64,000 bases of DNA from Mobula hypostoma (Eukaryota): positions 25,112,001-25,176,000 of the forward strand of contig NC_086118.1 in NCBI RefSeq assembly GCF_963921235.1, in the 5' to 3' direction. Positions 51,623 through 63,759 of this stretch are shown in pieces. Below the pieces are notes generated by a model. It did not search any database and was not told the origin of the DNA. It saw nothing but the letters and a program-made list of their open reading frames with translations. The stretch's first letter is position 1. Each line of letters begins with the position of its first letter. The translations under genes were made by a program, and so were the position numbers.

Positions 51623-52454
51623 GTAAGCAAATTTTAATGTGCTTCTGCCTTTCTGTATAAAGGCAATATTGGAGGCAGCATTTTGCCTGTACCCTACTCT
51701 AATCACATTGGAAGCATTTCTAATCACTTTGTATTAAGCAATTATAGTAGCTGTAATGAAATAATGAACTTTATAATACTCAATAAAAAATGCATACATT
51801 AATACAATCTCTACTAGGCATAATAGAACCTCTGGAAGATCATAATAATGTGTTAAGTAAGCACGTAAGCAAGGCTCTGTAAAATATGCTCACATTTAAA
51901 CTGAGGTTAAGGAAATTAATTTGTAGTCCTGCTTTATAGTGATGACGCAAAAGCCCAAGAGAGGTATATTGAGCTTCCCTAGGCTTAATTGCCTGACTTA
52001 ATTAACATGTCGGCCCTTCCTAGAGCTTGTGAACATGAACATTGGCTCAGCACCAAATCATAATGCCACTTAGTACTTTCTTTGGGAATCATGATCTTTT
52101 AAACCCAAGAATGAGGAAACTGTTTTTTTCCAATCATGGTCACAGCTTTGGTCTCACTTATTCTCTCAATATTCAGCAGTTGTATTGGTCATGTAACAAT
52201 AGAGATACTTTGCTATCATTTTTAAGGGCTGTTTTTTTTTTCACAACCAAAGACACTAGCTGAGGCTGAATACACCATAGACATGTTTACCTTACTGTAT
52301 ATTACAAAGAAACTATTGTTTATAAGCTCAGGTGTTGGGCTTTACAACGTAATAATGTGAAACAGAACCAAGAATAATCCATACACCTCCTCAAATCAGC
52401 TGCAGCATTGAATTGGATCCCATCTGAATGCAGGAAGGTGTTTAGCATGGTTGC

Positions 52455-53060
52455 CCTTTTTCAGGGCATTGAGTACTGGATATAGGAAGTTTTGTTGCAA
52501 CAATGCAAGTCATTGGTGACACCGCACTTGGAGTATTGTACAGTTCTGGTCACTCCACTGTAGGAAGAATGCCAATAATCTGAAAAGTCCAGAAATGGTT
52601 CACAAGGTTGTTGTCTGGACTGGAGGGAGGGCCTCAGTAACAAGGGGGGGTTGAATAGGCTGGGACTTATTTTTCACTGGAGAGTAGGAGGCTGAAGATT
52701 GACAATAAAGAGATACATAAAGCCATGAGCGACTTAACTAAGATGGATGATCACAGTCTTTATTCCAGGATAGGGGAGTCCGTAAAAAGAGGACTTGGAT
52801 TTAAGGTCCAAGGGGAAAGATATAAAAAGGACCTGCGGGGAATGCTTTCCCCACAGGTGGTGGTGGGTATATGGAACGAGGTGCCATAGAATTTTAAGGT
52901 GGGTACAATTAGAATGTTTAAATATTTTAGACAGGTACAAGAATGGTAAAATTCAGAGCTATGTGACCAAAACACAGACAAATGTGACAGCTTGGTCACC
53001 ATGGACAAGTCGGGCTGACTGACTTGTTTGCACACTGTATAACTCTGTGATTTTATGAAT
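52455..53060 (+). mobile_element. CR1 3' fragment
   Basis: gggcattgagtac...gagtattgtacagttctggtc; tail ctgtataactctgtgattttatg. Confidence 0.8.
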
Positions 53061-53224
53061 AAAAATGTGAAAGCTCAAAGCAGAATCAATATTAATTTCA
53101 AAGCACCAGTAGCAGATGCTAACTAAAGAGCATTGTTAATCTATTAACAGTTATTCATTAAGGAATATTATGAAAACCTTCTGCTAATGTCTGGAAATAT
53201 TCATTTTTTTATTTCCTACTAAAG

Positions 53225-53352
53225 AGGCTTGGATAGAAAAGCCTTCCTTTGGCAAGCCACTGGAAGAACATCTTGCAATAAGTGGACGAGAAATAGCATT
53301 TCCTGTTGAGGCCTGTGTGACAATGTTACTGGAGTGTGGCATGCAGGAAGAG
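53225..53352 (+). CDS. ARHGAP44: ARHGAP44 coding exon (start of RhoGAP domain), 128 nt
   Basis: cctactaaag|AG GCT TGG...GAA GAG|gtatct; encodes (E)AWIEKPSFGKPLEEHLAISGREIAFPVEACVTMLLECGMQEE. Confidence 0.95.
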
Positions 53353-53496
53353 GTATCTGTCTGCTCTCTTTAGTTTTTATTTTATCTGCCACCATTGATG
53401 TTGTGCTCTAGATCTTTAGGAATGCATTTGTTGACCTGTTACTGCCCTGGTAAACCAAATAACTGCAAGTGTTGAAAATCCAAAATAAAAGTCATA

Positions 53497-54002
53497 GTTC
53501 AAAGCCAAAGTAAAATATGTTGTCAGAGTACATAAATGTCACCACATACAACCCTGACATTCTTTTTCCTGCGGGCAGACTTAGCAAATCTATAGAATAG
53601 TAACTGTAAACAGGATCAATGAACAACTAAGTATGCAAATGCAAATATAAATAAATAGCAAAAAGTAACGAGTACGAAATAACAAGAGTCCTTAAAGTGA
53701 AACCATCAGCTGAGGGAACACCAGAAATAGAATGAGTGTAGTTATCCTCTTTTGTTCAAGAGCTTGATGATTGAGGGGTGGTAACTGTTCTTGAACCTGC
53801 TGATGCAAGTCCTGAGGCTCCGCTACGTTCCACCTGATGGTAGCAGTGAGAAAAGAGCATGGCCTGGGTGGTGAGGATCTTTGACGATAGATGCTGATTT
53901 TCTACGGCAACATTTTTTGTAGACGTGCTCAGTGGTTGGGAGGACTTTGCCCGTGATGTACTGGGACGAATCCACTACCTTTTGTAGGATTTTCCACTCA
54001 AG
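53497..54002 (-). mobile_element. Rex1/Babar LINE 3' end fragment
   Basis: Same family as 890 and 30958 (HHPGHALFSLLPSG, RFKNSY). Confidence 0.82.
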
Positions 54003-54520
54003 GGAAATGCTGGATATATACTACAACTGTAGAGGAAGAAATACAGTTAACATTTCAGGCTAAAACACCGTTTCAATCATCTTGGGTAACTGCATTGTGC
54101 CAATCCTACGCTGCAGAATTATCTACAGATAAAGAACAAACAATTCTGTCAATATCTGAGGTGTGTTGCACATTGTGATATTAATTGATTATTAATTACA
54201 TTACCACATTTTTGAATGATCAAACCAATCTCTTCATGTATGGCAAATAACATCTTTAAGTTGTCCCCTTAAAATAAACAACTGGAGACCTACCTACCTA
54301 TGTATATTATGATCACTCAGCTCCCAAAAGTTATTCTCCAGATGTGCTTCTGCTGTGAGGTTTAGGCACATCCAAGTGCTGCTCATTTAATCTAAAAGGA
54401 CTGACAAATTATTGCCAGAAGTAGCATTTTTTAAAGTATTGATAATGGAATTGTCCCTCTGTGGTTCTGTGTAAACCTAATGAGTTGCCAGTGATTTTGA
54501 TAAGAGCTTTTTCTCCCCAG

Positions 54521-54632
54521 GGCCTTTTCAGGGTAGCTGCTTCAGCCTCCAAACTGAAGAAGCTAAAGGCTTCACTTGACTGTGGTGTGTTGGACGTGCA
54601 AGAGTATTCTGTGGATCCTCATGCTGTAGCAG
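54521..54632 (+). CDS. ARHGAP44: ARHGAP44 coding exon (RhoGAP arginine finger), 112 nt
   Basis: ttctccccag|GGC CTT TTC AGG...GCA G|gtatgt; encodes GLFRVAASASKLKKLKASLDCGVLDVQEYSVDPHAVA; the catalytic Arg in GLFR is intact. Confidence 0.96.
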
Positions 54633-55780
54633 GTATGTCACTCAGTGGTAATTGGTGTGGTGCAATTAAATATTGGGTCTTTTAAGTGAAAATCACCATC
54701 ATTTGTATATCAGCATAATCTTGATTATGTAGTTAATCTGACCACTTAATGTAATAAGAGAAAATTTTCTAATTTGAATGAGATTATTGTCAGGCCAGTG
54801 CTGTAGCAGGTTATAAAACAAGGAGCGAATCAAAGCTCTATGATCTGAAGATTGTAGGTGTCAACCGTATAATTCAGTTGTTTTATCATACTCAATTTAC
54901 AGATAAAATACCAGTTGCTTTACATCTTTTAGTTTGTCAATATAATAGAGTATATAAAACACTGCAGTGATACCTGATACGCAATATACACCAGATTTTA
55001 ATGTACAGTTTTCTCTTTGTAAAATGATGTTTTATTTTGTTATGTTGTTTCAATCCTTTATTATATGTTGCAAATTAATCCATGATATATTTCCTTTCTA
55101 ATGGGGATCTTTCTGAAAATTATTTAGCCCTCAATAAGCCTTATATAGTAATAACCTACTTTATTACATTAACTATCTAGAGCATAGTTATAATTTTTGC
55201 CCCTCTGGTCGGACATGAGTTCATGGCCTTAATAATACAGTCAACAGCTGTTAATGAAACTGACTGCAGTTCAGGGATTTGTACCCTACCTAGTGTAATG
55301 TGGAAATCCTAAGTCAAATATCCTTCAAAGACCCTGCTGTTTGTAGCCTACACCAATAAAATTAAGGGGAATAACTTGAATTAACATGAAATTAAGAGAC
55401 AGAAGTATAAATACCTTAAAATAAAAGTGTGCATATTCCAAATTCTGCTTTTTTAAATTTGGTACATTGAAGTCACAATATTTTCATCTTAAAGTATTTA
55501 CACAAAAGTATTTCTGTAAAACGCACTGAATATGTTCCCTTTAAAACTAGATTGTGCCCCCTTTTGGTAAATAATCACAGCTCAAAAGTCTATCTGACTC
55601 AAAAATCTGACTTTATGTATATAAATTGTGTTTTCCTGAAATGAATATCTCCAAATACATCAAAGTTGCTTTAGAAAAATATTTAGGATATTTCTACTTC
55701 AGTTTTAATTACATGTTTAAGTCCCAGTTTATATACAGCTTGTTAAGAATGTGAATTAAAAATATCTTCTTGGTTTGCTG

Positions 55781-56667
55781 TGTTACATACCCCGTAACTG
55801 GGTTGCCAAACCAGCAGAAATGGATCACTCAGTTGGAGTCTGGATTACTAGAACTAAGAAAGTTTTATTAAAGAAACAAGCAACACAGTACTCTAATCAA
55901 AAGGATAATGAATGCAACAGTTCAGCAATGATAAACATACATGTACACAGAATTCAGATAACAGGATCAATCAAGCTCTATCGTTGTCTAGGGGCAAATG
56001 ACCAGTTTCAAAGTGACGCAAAGTTCAGTTCAGTTCGCAGTAATCGCTGCCGTGGGAGATGGACAGTGTGGGGAAAGGAGAGAGAGAGCAAAACGAATGA
56101 ATATTCAAACGGCTTCCACACAGACCTTCGATATTCTTCGCAGTCAGCTTTCGAGCGAGCCCTTTGTGATGTCTTCTGAGGTCACCGACCATGACCCCTC
56201 CGTTTCCAGATACGACCGTTTCTCTGTGGTGAACCTGGCACCCAGGCAAGGGCGGACACACACCAGGTTCCCGCTGATTGTGCTTTTCCACCCTGTGCGT
56301 CTATGGCTTGGTCTCGCGACCATCCTTCCAAAACTTCCCACCGACTTGTGGGAGGCGCACCGCTTCCAGGATCTCGTTACCTCGGGGTGTCGTGTGTGTC
56401 TTGCCTTAGCGAACCTGTCCCTTTTTATCCCCCTGCTGGGGTATCACCTGTCCATCACTTCAAACAGTTCAGGGTTCAAAGGGGGAGCCGATCTTGACAG
56501 CTCTCCTTCCGTTAAACTCTCCCGTCCCTTCATTAGCATCTCCAAATGCTGCTCCTTTGTTTTCCTTATCTCTCTTTCTCCTGAAGACAGGTGGCAGACC
56601 AACTGCTGATCCCACTGGTGCCAGCACAGGACAGCTAACATCTTAATCTATGTGTATTCTCGTCACA
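55781..56667 (-). mobile_element. Solo LTR, 887 bp, same family as 34099-34945, inverted orientation
   Basis: TGTTAC...GTCACA termini and exact 4-bp TSD GCTG; long stretches are identical to the reverse complement of the first copy. Confidence 0.93.
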
Positions 56668-57968
56668 GCTGCATGAAAAAAATCATTCAGTATGTTTGGC
56701 TACTTAGCCAACTTGATGACTGAATGGCAGCGATCCTTAATAATTGACAGTGGAAAAGGGAAATTCACATCATAAAATTCACTTGATCTTTGTTGTTTTC
56801 TCTGTTTGAGGCCAGCAGCAAGCATTTCTTCTTTGCTGTTAACTTTCGTTTCATATGTTTTTATCCAACGCTGTACTCTCACTGAGATCTGTGCAGCTTT
56901 TACTCTTGTTTGTACTACTGTATGCAAAACAAAATTGATAGTGGGAACAACTAGGGCATGGAGAATAGTTTGTCAGACTCTTTACAAGAGTCCCTCAGGG
57001 AAGGAAGTGTAGAAAATAGAATCATCGTGTGAGCATTTTTGCAATCAACATGACTTAGATCTTCATTGCATGTGTTAATGTTATTGGTACGTGCACTTTG
57101 TTAGGCCTTGGCCAAAATCCTTATGATAAAAAAAGTCTGTCCAATCTTTGGTGCCTCTCCTTATCTACTCATTGTCTACATGACAGTTCCTCTCCAATTA
57201 ATGCTAATTTTATTCTTGCAGATGTCCTTAAACTCTGAAACGCTGCTAGAACGGAAGGTATTTTTAAATGATGCCTCTCAGTTTTGGAGGTTTAAGGCTA
57301 GTCTGTGCATTCTGTAAATGCAGCAGTCAAGACCATGCACAGCATATGGCTTTCATCAAGCTAAACCCTATCTGCCAAAAAATAGAAGTTCACAGGCTCA
57401 GACAGCCTGCTCAGTCATATTCTTGGCATTTTTTATTTTGTTTCCCACAGAATATGAATACTCCTGAATTAATTGTGTAATTCCAGATTTTCTGTGGTCT
57501 AAGAGACTTTTATTTGGACCCACCTACTAAATACAGGACTCTTATCAGTTGTTGCCCTGATTCAGATTAACTGCAACACCAGTGACCTCTTTTCTGTACC
57601 CTTGGAAGCTAGGGTGCCAAGCAATAACTCCCTCAAGTCGAGAAGCACTCAACTAACAAATAGAATTGCCCGAATGACTAATTAGTGTTAAGACAATTTG
57701 GTGCCCAGAACCCAAAGCTTAAATTCATCAGTTCAAGATCAAAGAGTGAGAACTTTGAGCATCAAGAGGATGCTTCATATTGAGATCCAATTAGCCAGTT
57801 CAGCCAAATCATGCCTTTCATTGATACCATGAAAAATTATTGTGATATTAGGAATGGCCACATTTGTGAGCATTCCATGTAGTGCAGTGTAGTTTCAAGG
57901 TAAAAGTCATGAAGTCATATTCCTTGCCATCATATTCACAGCCTTTTGGGGAAAAAAAAATATATATA

Positions 57969-58181
57969 TGTTGTAACTGGGTTACCTGTCTGGACATGCC
58001 CCTCTGCTGACTGCTCCTGTGGCTCCTCCCACAGACCCCTGAATAAGGGCGATTGGGCCATGGCTCCTCCTCTCAGTCCGGGGCAGATACTCAGCATGGA
58101 CGAGGACCCATTTTACTGTTAATAAAAGCCTTTTAGTATTTATTCTACTTCCAGTCTTTTGGAGTAACTGATAGTGCATCA
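57969..58181 (+). mobile_element. Probable short solo LTR, about 210 bp
   Basis: TGTTGT...CATCA termini, TATA-like gaataag and AATAAA at about 58121; no TSD seen. Confidence 0.55.
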
Positions 58182-58382
58182 AGCCTGGAGAGAGTTGTAG
58201 AGGAACACCCGTGCCATAAAAAGGAAGAATGAAATCTTCGTTTAAAAAGATATTTTTATGTACTGTGATTTTTACCATAATGAAGAAAATAATTTGTTAC
58301 ATTCAGGAGAGATGGACAGCATTTACAATAATCCTGTTGTTATGATAGTGAAATGAAAACAAAACTGTTTTCTATTTGTAAG

Positions 58383-58464
58383 GAGCTCTTAAATCATATC
58401 TTCGAGAATTACCAGAACCTTTGATGACATTAGAATTGTATGACGAATGGATACAAGCATCAAA
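58383..58464 (+). CDS. ARHGAP44: ARHGAP44 coding exon (RhoGAP), 82 nt
   Basis: tttgtaag|GA GCT CTT...TCA AA|gtaggt; encodes (G)ALKSYLRELPEPLMTLELYDEWIQAS. Confidence 0.95.
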
Positions 58465-59725
58465 GTAGGTATTATTTTTATCAATTCTTTCAGTTTCATA
58501 TGTTGCTATGAATGGCTTAGAAGGCCTTCGGTTTGTTACAATTCTGATATAACTTCTCAAGAGGGAAATTTATCAGCTGATGCTTTTAATTTCATATAGA
58601 AATTAGCTAAATGCATTATTATTTTGATATTTTGTATGGTGTGCAATAATTAGTTTTTTTCCTCAGATGACTAGACATCTGGAATTAACTTTCATTGTAA
58701 GCATTTAATTAATTCAAAAAAAAGTTGCATAACAATATCTTGAGTTTGCATTTATATAGAAAAGCATTGGTTTTGCTCAAACATTCAACATAAGAAAATG
58801 TCTATGTTTCTGGAGGGCAACAAACCAGATTTGAATAATTAGGGGCTAAAAACTTATTGTGTGCTGTTTTATTCTGAGAAATGTAATTGTGAGAGAAACT
58901 CAATGATAAAATATTGAACTATCCTCTGGACAGAAAAATAGAATAGGTTTGAACAAATCTTTTGAATTATATACACAGAAAAGGTTTTCCAGATGCTGAA
59001 AGTCTAGAGCAATGCAAAAATTTTGAATTATGTTTTTTTATTGATGTCTATGCCCCTAATCTTCTTAGAATGTCCCCATAGCAGGTGAATTGTAAGCATT
59101 TGTACTGAGCATAAAGTAGCCATTTTCCAACATGGAGAGGAAAGGACCATATCTGGCCTTCCTTGCCCAGCTATAACGCTGGGGAACGAATAAATTGGAT
59201 GTTTATGAATACAGTTGGTAGTTTTTTGTTTGCTGGCAAGTGGAGAAATGGAAATTGATTGCACAGCACTAATGCACTGAGAACTGAAGAAGTTTTCATT
59301 GAGAGTTGATCTGTAAAACTTCCCTTCCTCAACTTTCCAGTCTGCAGTTAGCTGAAGCAAAGCATAGGAGATATGTTAGCGCCGAGTCAGTCCATAATGT
59401 GTAGTTTGTGCGCAAGGTTCTCAAAAAAGAAGTCTAAAACAGAAAGAAAATTAACTTTGAGTGTAACAACTCAGAATTTCAGCCCACAGTTATGGTTATA
59501 TCTGAAAATCAAATTAGACAAATTATATGACAGTTCATATATATTTGGAGCTAGATAATGGACTAACTAATCAAGTATTTTTGGTAAGACTTCTTTTTAT
59601 TATTTCCAGAGAAGCATATTTATTCATGTTTATCATTAAAATAATTTCATATTTTTGAACTAGATATCAGAAATCTGAAAAATATATAGTATATATGATT
59701 TTGTTGCTCTGTTTGAAACTATCAG

Positions 59726-59806
59726 TATTCAGGACCAAGACAAGCGGCTTCAGGCATTATGGAATGCATGTGAGAAGCTACCCAAGGCTAATTACAACAA
59801 TTTCAG
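59726..59806 (+). CDS. ARHGAP44: ARHGAP44 coding exon (RhoGAP), 81 nt
   Basis: ctatcag|T ATT CAG...TTC AG|gtaaat; encodes (N)IQDQDKRLQALWNACEKLPKANYNNF(R). Confidence 0.94.
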
Positions 59807-60850
59807 GTAAATTTAAGTACCTCATTGTGTGTAATTAAACAATTGTCCTCTATTTAGTTTGTTATTAGTGCAGTTGTGAGAAAGGAATAATTATGTTAGT
59901 GTGGATTACCAAACAGTGCTACATAATGAGTAAAGTAAGTCTGCCCAGGAGTCTTTAAAAAAAAAGCCGGAATTTATTAGTTGATTTTTGTCAGTGTAGC
60001 TTTATGGAATGGATTACAGTCTACAGAGGATATTGCAACATAATCTAGCAATTCTTATTCTGTACTCACAGTTATTTGTGTACTTTATTTTTGCATTATA
60101 AATTAGAGGAGATTGAGGGTATTTTGCATAATCTTTTAACCTCTAATTTAGTATTAATCTATAAATATTCAATACTATTGAACTTGAAAATTCTTCTTTT
60201 AAGAAAATCTAATGCATGTCAGAGACAAACTCTTGTACAACAGACTGACTACTAATAGAGCTCTTAAAAAAACATTTCTTTGAGATTAAAGATACCTGTA
60301 TCATCTTAACAATTCCAACACTTACCTAGCCAGTCTCTCATATGAAAATTCTGAAACCCGTATGCCATTTAATTCCTCTAAAGTTCACGTTCCATTAAAT
60401 TCCTTCATTTCCTCAGCCTTCCCTACAGCACTTCCAGCTGTTCAGCTCTCCGGCTTACACCCTGTTCAGTTCCCCAACCAATACTCCTACCTTTTGTAGA
60501 ATCCCGCTTGCTTTGATCCACCATACTTCTAGCCATCTAGGCTCCATGCTCTGAAATTCATTATTTTAGCCTCTTTGCCTCTCTTCTCCTCTAAGACCAA
60601 AGAGAAAGTCCATTTCTTTGACCCCCCATACTCCACCTTTTCATCATGAAGTTTATATATTAGTGAATCAGTCACCATCAACCACCCAGCTTAAGATATT
60701 TTTTGATGTTAAAGATTCAGTTATAATCTCGCTCTACTGAGATAAAAACACTGTGAATGTTTTTAATCTTATTGCTAAACATTCTGACATCAGCTTTCTT
60801 GATTTTTGAAAATAAGCTACTTTACTCAATGCAATGTATGTTTACTGCAG

Positions 60851-60964
60851 ATACTTGATAAAATTCCTAGCCAAACTAACAGAATACCAAGATGCCAACA
60901 AAATGACCCCTGGTAACATGGCAATAGTCCTGGGGCCCAATCTACTCTGGACAGCCAATGAAGG
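60851..60964 (+). CDS. ARHGAP44: ARHGAP44 coding exon (RhoGAP), 114 nt
   Basis: ttactgcag|A TAC TTG...GAA GG|gtaaga; encodes YLIKFLAKLTEYQDANKMTPGNMAIVLGPNLLWTANE(G). Confidence 0.95.
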
Positions 60965-61329
60965 GTAAGACTTCTTTGCCTTAAGATACTGGCCAAGAAT
61001 TTGATTTTACGATAACAATGTAACCATCTCACCATCACAAGTTAGCACAACAGTCAGGAACTTCTCTCATTTGATCCCTCTGCAATTCAATGCAGAAACA
61101 CAGGCAATGCTTTTCATAATATTGTGTTCTTCCACAGTTTGTTATCTTTCTAGATGTAATCAAACCTAAATATTTATGTCAAAATTTTATGCAGTTTTCA
61201 ATGCCATACGGAGATAATTACACCTAATCGATGTCCCTGGACCCATATACAGATAACTTTGTGTGTAACTTGTCATTCCCTCATGTAATATTTAACAATA
61301 CAATAATTTTAAAAATAGCTAGAAATAAT

Positions 61330-62850
61330 TTTACTGGTAAATTTAAGACATTGCTGTACCAACGTGGTCTTCTACCCATGCTGCTCTGGCTTTTCATGGT
61401 GTGCGAGCTCTCCATGACCACTGAAGAAGGCATTGAGAGGAAAGTCAACAAGCACCCATGGACATGGCTGGGGATTCCCCCCCCCCAAGGTTTTCTTTAG
61501 TGGGGCTGTACATAAGTTCGGGCCAGCTACGGCTCCAGTTGTCATCGGTAGTGGAGGAATTCAAGGTGGCAAAGTGTAGATTTGTGTTAACACTGAGGGG
61601 TTCCGATGACAAGCTAATAAACCAAGCAGGGGTCACAACAAGATCGGGCTGAAAGTGAGCCGCCAACTTGGCCATGGACCAGGCAGTGAGCTCCCTGCAA
61701 TTGAGAGACATTATTGGCAACCCATGCCTGGGACGGCAAGGCCTCAGCTCAGCATCACTCCAACACTGGGGGACTGCAAGTGCAAGGGAGAAGCGTGACA
61801 TGGTCCAGGCAGAGGTACAGAACCATGAAGATGAAAGGCGGGTAACGAAAGCAGTGGAGTTGGAGTTGGGGTCGCAGGGTGCCTGGGTGAAATACCATCT
61901 CCCAAGCGCAAGATCACAGGCAGAGCTTTGGAGACTGGAGCCTTCCTCATTTCTCTCCTCCCGCACCATCACAGCTGCACACATGGGGGCTGAGAGAGGA
62001 CTCCAACTGCAAGCTTTGTGGTCAGCGGGGTCACTGGTACACACAATGTAAGGATGCAAAACAGCTTTAACACAAGGACGGTATAGATGGCTGTATCATC
62101 CTTGTGTTAAAGTTGTTTTACATGTGTCTTGCTGTCCCTTGCTGAAACACTGGAGTGGGAGCTGTGTAAAAAGAGACCAGCTGGCAGAGAGGCAAAAGAG
62201 CAGTCATTTTCATCAAGGAGAAATTGGCCACACCAATCATATTAAAGAGGTCTTAATCTAATCTGCTGCAAATGGCCAGATCATGGGGGATGAGGGTCAA
62301 TGTGGGGAGTTCCCTGATGTGGTGCAAAGCACACTTCGACTAGACATCGTATTGTGGTCCACCAAAGACAAGAAAATCATCCTGGTGGAGCTCACAGCAC
62401 CGCGGGAGGAAGGATGTGAGGAGGCTCGTGAGAGGAAGACCTTGAAGTGCCAGTCCTTAGTCCAGGAGTGCACGGACAAAGGATGGCAGACGTGGCTATT
62501 TCCCGTGGAGATCAGCCGTTGAGAGTTCCCAGCAAGGTTGGCAAGGAGGTCACTGTCTGCGCTGGACCTTGATGGAAAGAGCAAGAATCAAGCAGTTTGC
62601 TGGATGGGGGAGGAAGGAGAAAGAGCCTCTTGCTGGATATGGAGCAGGAGAGAGGAGTTGAGCTGGAAGTCAGAAGCAGATGGGCAGTGACTTGGCCACC
62701 ACTGCTGACCCGCCAACTGGAGAGTGTCGTGGATAAGGGTCAAAACATTCTATGAAGGTTAGGCACCACCTGACAACATCTGATCCTGGCCAAGGGCTAT
62801 GGTTACCTCATTGGGTAACCATAGAGAGCACCCCGGTGTATGATGCAAGT
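61330..62850 (+). mobile_element. Hero-like (R2-group, REL endonuclease) non-LTR retrotransposon, 3' portion, decayed
   Basis: GKFK..LYQ.GLLP, VVEEFKVAK, GRQGL, SQGAW, CKLCG zinc knuckle, LTQGRYRW, LR.DIVLWS, IILVELT.P.EE and FPVEI motifs. Confidence 0.85.
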
Positions 62851-63019
62851 TATTATGTTTCAGTCTCCAGATTAGTCCCAATCTTTGTTTTACCAACAGT
62901 AATATACCATTAAAACATTAAATAGAATCAGTTTCTACTATTTTTGTGGTTTGTTCAATATTGTTGCCTACTTGATAACGTCAGAAGAGGATAAATTCTT
63001 GGCATAGAGCCATAGACTT

Positions 63020-63620
63020 CTTCAAGGTCAAAGGTTCAAAGATTATCAAAGTATATATGCAGAATACAACTCTGAGATTCATCTTCTCTAGATAGCCATA
63101 AAATACAGAAAACTATGGAAGTCATTGAAAGAGAAGATATCAACACCCCCTTCCCACACAGAAAAGAAAAAGAAGCAATAGCTCCCAAACACAGACAAAG
63201 CCCACCCCCCACAACCTCTCCTTCTGATAAAAACTAATATAATGCCCACAAGGGGAATAAAAACAGTGACAATAATATCAAACTCCCAACCCCTCTCTTG
63301 CACACAAAAAACTAGGAGATCCCCACACAGAAAAGTACCAGCAAGAACATTAGAACCCAAATCTCCCTGACACAAAAAACTAACATATCGCCCTCAAGGA
63401 CGTCAAGCCCCCAATCCGCCAATCGGCAACAGGATAGAAAACACAGAAAACTGAAGGAGACCAATATAAACTACAGTCCACACCAATAATCACATAAATC
63501 ATAGAATTTCAAAAAATTCTTCCGCTGGCATCAAGAAGAGTGGCCACTTGAACCCAGTCCTTCCATGGAGAGCAATTGCCAATCCAGCCTCCAAATCATT
63601 TGGCACTGCATTGAAAACAG
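63020..63620 (-). repeat. Repeat with a Rex1-like tail and internal (cacacaaaaaact)-like units
   Basis: ttcaaagattatcaaagtatat...tacaactctgagattcatcttc resembles the other Rex1 tails; A/C-rich repeated motifs follow. Confidence 0.45.
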
Positions 63621-63759
63621 AGGCCATTATAATGGAAGCTTAACTTTATAAAAATAAAGAATTGTCTTTAAACATTTTAAACAGCTAGTAATTCAGAATC
63701 TCATATTTTCCCAAACACACTAATAAATTATGAGCATACTGTATGTTCTGGAATAACAC

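Larger units (their letters stand above)
3543..60964 (+). other. ARHGAP44: ARHGAP44 (RICH2) partial gene span: 10 internal coding exons, 975 nt of CDS, probably equivalent to human exons 5-14
   Basis: Exons of 112, 77, 118, 69, 82, 128, 112, 82, 81 and 114 nt have compatible phases and splice into KMLKMCGDTEDRLAQELILFELQIERDVIEPLFVLAEVDIPNIQKQRKHLAKLVLDMDSARTRWQQ...GLFRVAASASKLKKLK...NMAIVLGPNLLW. Matches recalled ARHGAP44 better than ARHGAP17 or SH3BP1. Exon numbering is inferred from memory. Confidence 0.93.

Noticed and set aside
54794..54815. 13-nt copy (tgctgtagcaggt) of the 54632 exon end as an alternative donor or micro-exon
   Set aside because: The donor GTTATA is poor and an extended exon would hit a stop at 54685; a short match like this can arise by chance.
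55775..56609. ORFs of 134 and 203 aa, with counterparts at 34145-34906, as a duplicated novel gene
   Set aside because: They lie on the antisense strand of solo LTRs and their frames differ between the two copies, so the similarity reflects repeat identity.
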